In this document: positions 32,015-40,418 of the stretch, in pieces
Layout of the letters: every line of letters begins with the position of its first letter
How positions within the stretch are numbered: the stretch's first letter is position 1
Assembly: GCA_965220375.1 (NCBI GenBank)
Contig: OZ244824.1
Location: forward strand, 2,125,133 to 2,189,132
DNA: 64,000 bases
Reading direction: 5' to 3'
Source of the DNA: Dehalococcoidia bacterium
GTDB lineage: Bacteria > Chloroflexota > Dehalococcoidia > Lucifugimonadales > JAGWBF01
The notes under the pieces: model-generated
What the model saw: the letters and a program-made list of their open reading frames with translations, nothing else
Told to the model about the DNA's origin: nothing
Databases searched by the model: none
Made by a program: the position numbers and the translations under genes

Positions 32015-32177
32015 GCTTCACCTCCCTCCCCGATCTGCTGGTTATTATATCTGCCTTCTCACGCTGAAGCTATCGCACCCATTCCAGGTTGCCGGGTCAT
32101 GCAGGCAGTTGTAGCATGGTCTTGGGTCTTGAAAAACTCGTAGCTGTGCTGCTTCGGGAGCGGGGGGAGTCGGTAAT

Positions 32178-32867
32178 ATGGTCCAATTCGGCAAGCTTGT
32201 TGAAGCCCGGTTCATTCGCCGGCTGAACCGCTTTGCAGCCCTTGTTGACATAAACGGGAACGAGACCCTGGTCCACGTCGCCAACTCGGGACGCATGAGG
32301 GAGCTCTTGGTTGAGGGACGACGGGTGTACCTTGTGCCGGCCTCGGGAGGCCATCGAAAGACCTCCTTCGACCTTGCCCTGGTGGACCTGGGGCATACCT
32401 TGGCGTCGGCCGATGCTAGGCTGCCCAACAAGCTGGTCCGAGAAGCCCAGGCACAGGGCCGGCTGGATTGCTTCTCCGGGTACGACAGCATCAGGATGGA
32501 GGCTACCTATGGCGACAGCCGCCTGGATCTGGCGCTGTCGGGAGAGCAAGGTACCTGCTTGGTGGAAGCAAAGTCGGTTACGTTGGTGGAAGGAAGGATG
32601 GGAATTTTCCCCGATGCTCCCACCATCCGAGGCCGTAAGCATGTGCTGAACCTTGCCGAGCAGGTGAAGGAGGGTTGCAGGGGGGCGGTGGTGTTCGTGG
32701 TGCAGAGGGAAGATGCCGATTCCGTGTCGCCCAACAATGAGTCAGACCCCGACTTCGGCGCTGCCCTGCGGAGGGCTGTGGAGCTGGGCGTGGAAGCCTA
32801 TGCCTTCCGGTGCTCGGTCAGCGCCCGGGAGATCGTGCTTTCCCAGCAGATTCCCGTGGCGCTCTAG
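32178..32867 (+). CDS. sfsA: SfsA family DNA/RNA nuclease-like protein
   Basis: 229 aa ('ARFIRRLNRFAALVDINGNETLVHVANSGRMRELL', 'EAKSVTLVE'). Confidence 0.85.
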   Translation: MVQFGKLVEARFIRRLNRFAALVDINGNETLVHVANSGRMRELLVEGRRVYLVPASGGHRKTSFDLALVDLGHTLASADARLPNKLVREAQAQGRLDCFSGYDSIRMEATYGDSRLDLALSGEQGTCLVEAKSVTLVEGRMGIFPDAPTIRGRKHVLNLAEQVKEGCRGAVVFVVQREDADSVSPNNESDPDFGAALRRAVELGVEAYAFRCSVSAREIVLSQQIPVAL

Positions 32868-32876
32868 CGCAGCGCT

Positions 32877-33590
32877 TTACGGCAGCAGGGCGAGCACCGC
32901 CGCTGGGCTCCCGGAGCCTCCCCTAAGCCGGAGCAGGCCGATGAACAGCGTCGCTCCGGTGGCGGGCAGCTGCTCAAGGTTTACCAGGTTTTCGAGTACG
33001 ATGCGTTGCTGGGAAAGGGCCATGCGGTTGGTGCTGTAGCTGCCGTCGTGGGTGTCCACGCCGGGGCTGTCGATTCCCAGGCCGGCAGCTCCCCGCTGGT
33101 CCAGGAGGTAGCCAGAGGCATCCACCTCTATCCCTGGATACCGGGGCTTTCCCGAGGCGTCGAGGTTCATATAGGCGGCCGGCTCTCCCCAGCGCCTGCT
33201 CCATCCGGTGTTCACCAGCGCCACGCTGCCCTCTGGGACAGGTCCATGGTCTTGTTCCCACCGGTGTATATCCTCCACGGACAGGTCTCTTTCCGCCCCC
33301 CTGCCGGTATCGGTGATCAGGTGGATCACAATCGCGGGCTTCACCAGAGACTCGGCATCGTAGCTTTCGACACTTGCGCCGCCTTCATGGAAGGAGGCCG
33401 GGGCGTTTATGTGGGTCGCTGAATGCTCCCCCATGGAGAGCCGCCTCAGGAAGTATCCTTCGCTGGGAATCTCGGCGACAGTTTCGAGCTCCACCGGAGG
33501 GTCGCCGGGCCAGGCGGGAATGTGGGGGTCAATGATGTGGGAGAGGTGAACTATGCGGGAGTAGGACAGGGTGTGCCTAGGGGGGTGCAA
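32877..33590 (-). CDS. cyclase family protein (arylformamidase-like)
   Basis: 237 aa with a 'GEHSATHINAPASF' metal-binding motif context. Confidence 0.7.
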   Translation of the reverse strand: MHPPRHTLSYSRIVHLSHIIDPHIPAWPGDPPVELETVAEIPSEGYFLRRLSMGEHSATHINAPASFHEGGASVESYDAESLVKPAIVIHLITDTGRGAERDLSVEDIHRWEQDHGPVPEGSVALVNTGWSRRWGEPAAYMNLDASGKPRYPGIEVDASGYLLDQRGAAGLGIDSPGVDTHDGSYSTNRMALSQQRIVLENLVNLEQLPATGATLFIGLLRLRGGSGSPAAVLALLP

Positions 33591-34050
33591 AGTCGATCTC
33601 GTACAGGTCGTAGTTGGTGTTGGACATTCCCAAGCTTGTGTATGTGGCCTGGGCTATGTGGTTGTCCTTGTCCACGTATAGGCGCACACCGCAGACGCCT
33701 CTGTTGGCTTCGGCAGCCTCCAAGAGCCAGCTGTGGAGCAGCCGGTAGATCCCTCGTCGCCGCCAGTCGGGCCTGACGTACACGCTCTGCACCCACCAAA
33801 AGGCGGCGTTGCGCCAATCGCTCCACTCCTCCATGTAGAGGAGGCCTCCCACCAGCTCGCCGCCGGCTTCAGCTACGAGGTAGCAGCCCCTTTGAGGGGA
33901 ATCGAACACAGCCTTCGTGCCTTCCCTGATCGTGTCCGGGTCGAGGGAGCGTCCCTCGGTCTCCATGGCCATAGATGCGTTGAAGCTTGCCAGGACGTCG
34001 ATATCGGCGGGGGTGGCCTTCCTGACGTGTACGTTATCGGGGGTCGCCAA
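33577..34050 (-). CDS. GNAT family N-acetyltransferase
   Basis: 157 aa with an acetyl-CoA-binding 'VRPDWRRRGIYRLL' motif. Confidence 0.8.
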   Translation of the reverse strand: MATPDNVHVRKATPADIDVLASFNASMAMETEGRSLDPDTIREGTKAVFDSPQRGCYLVAEAGGELVGGLLYMEEWSDWRNAAFWWVQSVYVRPDWRRRGIYRLLHSWLLEAAEANRGVCGVRLYVDKDNHIAQATYTSLGMSNTNYDLYEIDFAPP

Positions 34051-34062
34051 GGTGAGATGCCC

Positions 34063-34350
34063 CTAGCCGGCTACTTCGAAGCGTTCGGACTGGGGAGGCG
34101 CCGACCACAGCTCCTCGGCCCCCGCCATTGCTGTTGCCCGCTCGGGGCTGGCGCGCCACTGGTCGTAGATATCGTTGTTGTCCCACAGGACCAGGGTGGT
34201 GATCTTGCAGGGGTCGCTGTGGGAGTACAGGGTCTGCCGGCCGCCGAAGCCGGGGGCTTTGCTCTGGGCGAGGCCGTTGCCGTCCAGGAGGGCCCGTGCT
34301 GCCTCCACTTGGTCTTCCTTCGCCCAATGGTGGGTGAGAATGCCGATCAT
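34063..34350 (-). CDS. antibiotic-biosynthesis-monooxygenase (ABM) domain protein
   Basis: 95 aa of ferredoxin-like ABM pattern ('ITTLVLWDNNDIYDQW'). Confidence 0.6.
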   Translation of the reverse strand: MIGILTHHWAKEDQVEAARALLDGNGLAQSKAPGFGGRQTLYSHSDPCKITTLVLWDNNDIYDQWRASPERATAMAGAEELWSAPPQSERFEVAG

Positions 34351-34425
34351 GGTTCAGCTCCGTTGGGGGGATGTTGGTGGCTACTGACCGGGCAATTATA
34401 GCACCCTGGGGGAAGCTGCGAAGGG

Positions 34426-34454
34426 TTGCGTGGATGTCTGCCCGTTGCTACAAT
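34426..34454 (+). promoter_or_regulatory. candidate sigma70-type promoter of tRNA-Ile (TTGCGT-17 nt-TACAAT)
   Basis: -35 TTGCGT at 34426..34431, a 17-nt spacer, and -10 TACAAT at 34449..34454, which is 14 nt before the mature tRNA 5' end. Confidence 0.55.
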
Positions 34455-34467
34455 TGCTATCTAGCGT

Positions 34468-34544
34468 GGGCCCGTAGCTCAGGTGGTTAGAGCGCGGTCC
34501 TGATAAGACCGAGGTCGATAGTTCGAGTCTATCCGGGCCCACCA
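34468..34544 (+). tRNA. tRNA-Ile (anticodon GAU)
   Basis: Manual cloverleaf: acceptor GGGCCCG/CGGGCCC, D arm GCTC..GAGC, anticodon stem CGGTC/GACCG with loop CTGATAA, T arm GATAG-TTCGAGT-CTATC, and an encoded CCA. Confidence 0.92.
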
Positions 34545-34719
34545 GCTGATTCCGATTTGTGAACGGCCGGCCGGAAGGTGGTCTGAGCGATGTCGGCGTC
34601 GCGCCGGGGGGATGATTTAGCCGATCGTCACCTTGCCGGATTGTACTTCGACCACCTTCACGAACGAGCAGACTAGCGCCTTTGTCCCCAACGGTGGGCG
34701 AAAAGGACTACAGGCGATT

Positions 34720-35028
34720 TCAGTCGCACTCCGGATCTAGCAGGTTCACATAGTTCGAATACTTTGGATAGACTTGGTACAGTTTCTTGAAATCGGAGTC
34801 GTTTGTGACCAAGGTGACTGTTCGACCAAGTTCTCTCGCCCAAAGGCACGAGGAACGTAGGTGCCCAGCATCCCAAGCTTTGAAGCTGCGACCGTGGTCA
34901 CGGGTTACCCATCTGACAATTGCCATCACGTCCTCAATCAGTCGTGGTGGAGTCGCAAGGACTTCGATTCTCCCGGCTGCTACGCCAGAGCGTCCATACC
35001 CGGTCGCCCATAGTGAGAGGAAGCACAT
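34720..35028 (-). pseudogene. PIN-domain (VapC-like) gene fragment
   Basis: The C-terminal PIN pattern 'DAGHL...ARELGRTVTLVTNDSDF' is present. The N-terminal acidic motif and a partner antitoxin are absent. It lies just 3' of the tRNA. Confidence 0.45.
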
Positions 35029-35184
35029 AACTCTAGGAAGTCGAGAGCCCTCTCGCTACGCTAGGGAGAACAGGTGTTACCGTTTGGGATGCTGGTCGGT
35101 CATGGTAGCCAGCTAGAAATGCCTGAAGTCAACTCGATTCTCCAACGGCGACCAACAATACTACGTAAGTAAGGCGGATTAGCT

Positions 35185-37017
35185 ATGAACAGATTCGGCA
35201 GCCTGTGCATTCTATTCTTAACAGCCCTTCTGATGTTGCTCACCGTGATGGCTTGCAGTGAGGAAGACTCTGCACCGTTAACCCCTGCGACTGCGCCATC
35301 CTCGGCGACGGCTTCACCTGAGGCCACAACGCCAAAGCCGACCGCCACGCCAAGTCTGATAACCATTGACTGCAATGATCCGCGTTTTACAAAGCAGATT
35401 CTGGAACTATCGGAGGACAATCAGAATCAGTTCTCGCCACGTATCCTGAAATTGTATTCAGATGCGGAGGAAATAGAACGGACGGAAAGCGTATTGCGTT
35501 GCAGAGGCACAGCGACCCTAAGCCGAGGCGGCGAATCGAACATTACCTACCACTATGAGATAGACCGTGATGGCGACGCATTCATCGGATACGAGATTGG
35601 AGACCCTATTGCGACACCCACACCTGCCACGAGTCCCTCACCAGGCTTCACCTTGGACAATCCCCTTTCGGCGGGTGAACCCCTGCAAGGCTCCGACGGT
35701 ACGGAGACACGTGTCTTAGGCGTAGTCGAAGATGCCCGACGGCAGGTAGCCGAGGAAAACCAGTTCAACGACCCGCCGCAAGAGGGGAAGCGCTTCTATA
35801 TGGTCTCAGTCGAGGTTTCATATCCTTCTGGCAGTAGTTCTATCGCAGTGAGCGACACAGATTTCAGTCTCATTGGTGAGAATCGCGTTGTCTACGACTC
35901 ATTCGATTACGACTGCGGCGTCATCCCCAACGAGCTTGATGGTGAAGTTTACGGTGGAGGCAGAATACAGGGCAACATCTGCTTCGAGATTCCCGATGAC
36001 GAGGGCGGCTTCATCCTAATACATGAACCCGGATATGGAGCAGATTCGCGCCGTTTCCTCAGACTCACCTATGGTGAAGCCAAGGAGCCGACACCGACCC
36101 CGGAAGCGACAGCCTCCCCTACGACAACACCTATGCCGACGGCCATCCCAACACCCGAATCCAAGCCCACAGAGCCTGCTACATCAGAACCCACTTCAGA
36201 ACCAGCACCCACTGAGGCTGCTGCATCAGAACCTACTTCCGAACCAGCGCCTACTCGGGATGCCCCAGTCGGCTTCGGTCCTGGGACCTACCAGGTCGGC
36301 GAGGACGTATCTCCCGGCACATATGCTGGCAGAGCGGGTACCGGAATTCTGGATTCGTGTACGTGGGAGCGGCTGAGCGGCGCATCAGGAGAGTTTTCTG
36401 ACATCATTGCAATCGAGATTGCCAACGGGCAGTTCTATGTGGAGGTTCTCGACACTGACAGGTACTTTAGAACCTCTTGCGTTGTAACGGTGCTTGATGA
36501 GTGGCCAGTGCCTGATGAGCCTTTGTCCATGATCGGTATCGGCACACACATGATTGGAAGAGACATATCTCCCGGCACATATGCTGGCAGAGCGGGTACC
36601 GGAATTCTGGATTCGTGTACGTGGGAGCGGCTGAGCGGCGTATCTGGAGAATTTTCTGAGCTTGTCGCAATCGAAATTGCCAACGGGCAGTTCTACGTAG
36701 AGGTTCTCGATACTGACAGGTACTTTAGAACCTCTTGCGTTGTAACGTCGCTGGATGAGTGGCCAATGCCTGATGAGCCCTCGTCCACAATCGATATCGG
36801 CACACACATAATTGGAAGGGACATTTTGCCTGGTACATATACGGGTAGAGCTGGTACCGGAGTTCTGGATTCGTGTACGTGGAAACGGCTGAGTGGTGTC
36901 TCTGGAGAGTTTTCTGAGCTTATCGCAATCGAGATTGCAAACGGGCAGTTCTATGTAGAGGTTCTCGACACTGATAGATACTTAAGAACTTCCTGTGTTC
37001 TTGAATTGGTTGAGTAG
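35185..37017 (+). CDS. secreted lipoprotein with a DUF4352-like domain, a Pro/Thr/Glu linker and three C-terminal 86-aa repeats
   Basis: Signal peptide with lipobox 'LLTVMAC'. A 'GKRFYMVSVEVSY...FSLIG' DUF4352-like region is followed by a PT-rich linker and 3x 'PGTYAGRAGTGILDSCTWERLSG..GEFS..IAIEIANGQFYVEVLDTDRYFRTSCV'. Confidence 0.75.
   Translation: MNRFGSLCILFLTALLMLLTVMACSEEDSAPLTPATAPSSATASPEATTPKPTATPSLITIDCNDPRFTKQILELSEDNQNQFSPRILKLYSDAEEIERTESVLRCRGTATLSRGGESNITYHYEIDRDGDAFIGYEIGDPIATPTPATSPSPGFTLDNPLSAGEPLQGSDGTETRVLGVVEDARRQVAEENQFNDPPQEGKRFYMVSVEVSYPSGSSSIAVSDTDFSLIGENRVVYDSFDYDCGVIPNELDGEVYGGGRIQGNICFEIPDDEGGFILIHEPGYGADSRRFLRLTYGEAKEPTPTPEATASPTTTPMPTAIPTPESKPTEPATSEPTSEPAPTEAAASEPTSEPAPTRDAPVGFGPGTYQVGEDVSPGTYAGRAGTGILDSCTWERLSGASGEFSDIIAIEIANGQFYVEVLDTDRYFRTSCVVTVLDEWPVPDEPLSMIGIGTHMIGRDISPGTYAGRAGTGILDSCTWERLSGVSGEFSELVAIEIANGQFYVEVLDTDRYFRTSCVVTSLDEWPMPDEPSSTIDIGTHIIGRDILPGTYTGRAGTGVLDSCTWKRLSGVSGEFSELIAIEIANGQFYVEVLDTDRYLRTSCVLELVE
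36277..37014 (+). repeat. three tandem 258-bp coding repeats inside the lipoprotein gene
   Basis: The period is exactly 258 bp (for example ggcacacaca at 36541 and 36799). Repeats 1 and 2 share an identical run of more than 60 nt (36310..36377 and 36568..36635). Confidence 0.85.
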
Positions 37018-37224
37018 CAATCGTACACCGATGATTAGAGGGATTAAGCCCGTGGGCTTGCCATTTGGCTTGAAATCTCCTTTCGGAGAGGCATCCTAGT
37101 GAAAAAGCTGAATCCTCAAGGGCGGGTATCACCTCTGTGATGGATGTGGAATCGCCGGTAGTGAGGTCCCAGAACCCCGGTAGCCTGATTAGCACGGGAT
37201 GCCAGCGGTTTCATGGTTTACTAG

Positions 37225-37404
37225 GCCGCCCGGCTCGCAGGGCAGCCTCTTCACACGGGTGCGTACTCGAGCCCCCGAGTTGTCCTGGTCCCAGGCTCGC
37301 TTTGGCAGTTGCTCTTGTATTGCCGCGGTCCCTTCACTTCGGGACGGACACCGGCGAGTCCTGGACTCTGTCTATTGCCACAGGTCGGGATCGGGTCGGT
37401 TCAT
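37225..37404. repeat. diverged direct-repeat copy X of 39590..39770 (response-regulator relic plus last 10 codons of a membrane-protein gene)
   Basis: The terminal 33 nt (ctattgccacaggtcgggatcgggtcggttcat) are identical to 39738..39770. The upstream part is alignable by eye with many substitutions. Confidence 0.7.
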
Positions 37405-37949
37405 CGAGGGAATGGACCGGGCGGTCGAGGAGAACGGTCCGACCGCGCCGTGGTATCAGCCCATGGAGACCCGGCGCAGAACGCTGGCCAATGGCCTGTA
37501 CAGGATTCCGCTGGGCCGCAAGGCGCTCATCGGGGCATCCAGGCTGGCCGAGGTGCTTGGGGCGTTCCCGAAGGGCTCCGCGGACGTTGTTAGGCTGCTG
37601 GATCGGACCGCCAACGCCCTTGTCGCGGGCGGCAGGGCCGGGATCTTCACGCCGTTGTACTGTTTTCTGGCTCGCAAACCTCTTTGACAGGCTGCGGAAG
37701 AGGGGTTTTTCCGGTGCCCAGACCTGCCTTCTCGGATGCGCAGCGGCGATGATTGAGGCCGGACTGCATTTCCCTGTTGGTGAAAGGAAGTGCGCCCGGT
37801 CACGCTTGGGAGATCACTTGCGCCTATTTAGGGTGGCGTGGCCATTTCCTTACATTTGGACCTCCCACCGAAAAATTCGCAGTACGGTATGCTTCGGCCC
37901 ACCATTTCCCTTCAGCTTTTCTAAGTGTATGATGTTGTCTGGAGGGGAA

Positions 37950-38327
37950 ATGCCTTTGCAGCTAGACCACACAATCGTGCCCGCTTATGACAAGGTGAAG
38001 TCTGCGGAATTCATTGCCCGCATGTTCGGGCTGAAGTATGAGGCCCCTTGGGGGCACTTCGCGCCAGTCAAGGTCAACGACATATTGACCCTGGACTTCG
38101 ATGACTCGGATAATCCTCGCTCCAATCACTACGCTTTTCTGGCTTCGGACGAGGAATTCGATGCAATCCTCCAGCGGATCAACAGCGAGGGAGTCGCCTT
38201 CGGCAGCGGGCCGCGCTCGCGGACGGACGGGGAGATCAACCACAAGCACCAGGGGCGTGGGTTCTATTTCGAGTGTGAGAACGGCCACGTCTGGGAGGTT
38301 ATCACTCACAGGTACGTCACCGATTGA
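37950..38327 (+). CDS. VOC/glyoxalase-fold family protein
   Basis: 125-aa core 'LDHTIVPAYDKVKSAEFIARMFGL...HYAFLASDEEFDAILQRI' with GGAGGGGAA ahead of the ATG at 37950. The 396-aa ORF from 37137 is a high-GC artefact. Confidence 0.65.
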   Translation: MPLQLDHTIVPAYDKVKSAEFIARMFGLKYEAPWGHFAPVKVNDILTLDFDDSDNPRSNHYAFLASDEEFDAILQRINSEGVAFGSGPRSRTDGEINHKHQGRGFYFECENGHVWEVITHRYVTD

Positions 38328-38615
38328 CCCTCGTTGGGGGAATGACCACATCGCTTCAAGTAACGACGTGACGGTAGAGTTACTGGGCGTGATCAGCAAC
38401 CTCCACGACTGGAGGAAGCTGTCAGAGCATTTCGGAGTCGTTGAGGAGCTGTCTTCCGGACGCTCCCCGTAGGGCCTAGCAGCTGGCACCGTGTGACCCG
38501 GCTGCAATTTCCATCCCACCTTATACTGCCAATTGCACCCCACACTTAAGTCTGCTCTTGACATGCGTTAGTTTATAATAGAAACTAGTTTATATAACTA
38601 TTTGGAGGAATCGGC

Positions 38616-39251
38616 ATGAGGGAGCAAGAGAGCGAAGGACAACAGATCACTCCGGACCAAGGATGGAGGTCAATACATGCAACCCTGGACAGGTCCCATA
38701 GTGCCATGTACGTGGCGGGCTGGCCCAACATCATGCTTTTGTGGGGCGCCATCGTCGCTGTGGGATACTTTTCCATGTACGCCATTGAAACACTGGCGCC
38801 AGTGTTTGCAGACGACTATCCATGGTACCCCGGTCTCCTGTGGTCCGGCCTCGGAATCTCAGGCATGATCGGGAGCTCGATCATTGGCCACCGGGCCAGC
38901 AAGCAGAATGCAAGCGGGCCCGCCGCCACAGCGGCGGGCCTCCGGGTCTTCGCATTCTGGATGACCGTGGTCGCGGCCGGCTTCATCATTCCTTGGGCGT
39001 CAGGTCTGTGGACCGCCGACTCCGACCCCGTCGCTATCAGGGGGGTTGCTATCGGCATAGTTGCGCTGGGGTACATCTTGTTCGGCATCATGCATCACTT
39101 CGCAATTGCCCTGGTAGGTCTTGGCATCGCCGCTGCCTACTACCTGCCCGAGCACTTTGCCGGCGACGTCGCGCCCGTGGTATCGGCGGTGCTCATGCTT
39201 GCCATCGTAGCTGTCGCATGGGTATGGATTCGCAAGAGCCGTGTGGCATGA
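38616..39251 (+). CDS. hypothetical integral membrane protein
   Basis: 211 aa with 5-6 hydrophobic helices. It is translationally coupled (ATGA) to the downstream regulator. Confidence 0.6.
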   Translation: MREQESEGQQITPDQGWRSIHATLDRSHSAMYVAGWPNIMLLWGAIVAVGYFSMYAIETLAPVFADDYPWYPGLLWSGLGISGMIGSSIIGHRASKQNASGPAATAAGLRVFAFWMTVVAAGFIIPWASGLWTADSDPVAIRGVAIGIVALGYILFGIMHHFAIALVGLGIAAAYYLPEHFAGDVAPVVSAVLMLAIVAVAWVWIRKSRVA

Positions 39252-39559
39252 GTGAGGTTCCGGTCGTTCTGAATGAGACGATCCATCAGTCCACACGGCT
39301 GCGTATCATGACGCTGTTGGTGTCCCAGTCCGACTCGGACCGGGTGGCCTATGGCTTCATCCAACAGACGTTGGGCCTGACAGGCGGCAACCTCACCATC
39401 CACCTGCGCAAGCTGGAGGATGCCGGATACGTCAACACCACCAAGGAATTCCTTGATTCAAAGCCACGGACATGGGTGGAGGCGACGGCCGTCGGCCGCC
39501 GAGCCTTCACCGAGTACCTCGGCGACTTGGAACGCGCCATCAATATGCCCCTGCGATAG
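39248..39559 (+). CDS. winged-helix transcriptional regulator
   Basis: 103 aa. 'IHQSTRLRIMTLL...YGFIQQTLGLTGGNLTIHLRKLEDAGYV' is the wHTH pattern of small ArsR/MarR-like regulators. Confidence 0.65.
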   Translation: MSEVPVVLNETIHQSTRLRIMTLLVSQSDSDRVAYGFIQQTLGLTGGNLTIHLRKLEDAGYVNTTKEFLDSKPRTWVEATAVGRRAFTEYLGDLERAINMPLR

Positions 39560-39589
39560 GAGGTCATACCACCAGGCTTCGGGCTGCCG

Positions 39590-39723
39590 GCATCGTCGCT
39601 CAGCTTGCGGCCTAGTCTCTTCACATAGGTGCGCACCGGGCGCGGGACGCCGGAGTTGTCCTGGCCCCAGGCTCTCTTTTGGCAGATGCTTGTGGACAGC
39701 CGCCGTCCCTTGAGCGCCGGCAA
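39590..39723 (-). pseudogene. relic of an OmpR-type response-regulator C-terminus (part of direct-repeat copy Y, 39590..39770)
   Basis: The minus-strand reading '...AWGQDNSGVPRPVRTYVKRLGRKLSDDAGSPKP' resembles the winged-helix 'vWG...r.v.v.i.rLRrKL.dd' consensus. There is no receiver domain and no start. Confidence 0.45.
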
Positions 39724-39737
39724 GTCCTAGACTCTTT

Positions 39738-40418
39738 CTATTGCCACAGGTCGGGATCGGGTCGGTTCATGAGTCCGTAGCCCAGATATCCATACCAGAT
39801 AACCAGCAGCACGTAAAAGCTTCGGGCCAGGGTGATAAATGTGTCGCGCCCGTCGTTGTAGAGTATGGCTATCATGAAGAAGGCCATTACGGCCAGGCTG
39901 ATAAGGGCAGCCAACAGGGAGATTATCCGGTTGAAGTCGTCTCTCGTGGAGAGGCCCAACGCGAAAATGAAGCCGCCGAACCCAAGGGCAATTCCACCCG
40001 CGTAGACGAGAGCGGAGCCGGCATAGTAGACGGGAACGCTTCCCACGATCTGGTCACTGGTCTGAGCATCGGCCAGAATGAAGTCCATGCCCCCGGATAG
40101 AATCCAGCCGGTCAGCCCCACGAAGATCATGAAAAAGCCCATCTGAACAAACGCCTTGCCGTTGCCCTGCAAGGTTACGTTCCGCATCAGCGCATAGAGG
40201 CCCGAGAGGATTAGGGCCAAGCCAAGGATTATCCCGATGTTGGTTACATTGGTCAGCGCGGCGTTGCCACCCTTGGCCGTTATGGAGCCAACAGCGTCCG
40301 ACACTTCGGCGCTGTCTATCAGTAGTCCGCCCGGCTCTACGAGAAAGAAGACGAAGGCGATTATCGGGCCGAATATGAGGGACAGCCCCGCCAGCCGGTT
40401 CACTGATATTGTGCCCAT
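39738..40418 (-). CDS. hypothetical integral membrane protein (paralogue family with 42313..43029)
   Basis: 226 aa from the ATG at 40418, preceded by GAAGGGGG, with 6-7 helices. The ORF extension to 40853 is non-hydrophobic, Arg/Ser/Pro-rich and judged spurious. Confidence 0.6.
   Translation of the reverse strand: MGTISVNRLAGLSLIFGPIIAFVFFLVEPGGLLIDSAEVSDAVGSITAKGGNAALTNVTNIGIILGLALILSGLYALMRNVTLQGNGKAFVQMGFFMIFVGLTGWILSGGMDFILADAQTSDQIVGSVPVYYAGSALVYAGGIALGFGGFIFALGLSTRDDFNRIISLLAALISLAVMAFFMIAILYNDGRDTFITLARSFYVLLVIWYGYLGYGLMNRPDPDLWQ

Noticed and set aside
30971-32143. 390-aa + strand ORF
   Set aside because: It is antisense to the clearly identifiable DUF951 and pyrF genes, and its translation is low-complexity.
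37412-37687. Possible 91-aa ORF (MDRAVEENGPTAPWYQ...) starting right after repeat copy X
   Set aside because: There is no RBS and no recognisable family, the composition is like the surrounding shadow ORFs, and other frames overlap it. I cannot support it as a gene, though its position at the repeat boundary is noted.
37137-37949. N-terminal 271 aa of the 396-aa ORF 37137..38327
   Set aside because: Only the last 125 aa look like a real (VOC-fold) protein, and these have their own RBS and ATG at 37950. The upstream part is Arg/Pro/Ser-rich and runs across the diverged repeat copy X. It is judged non-coding or decayed.
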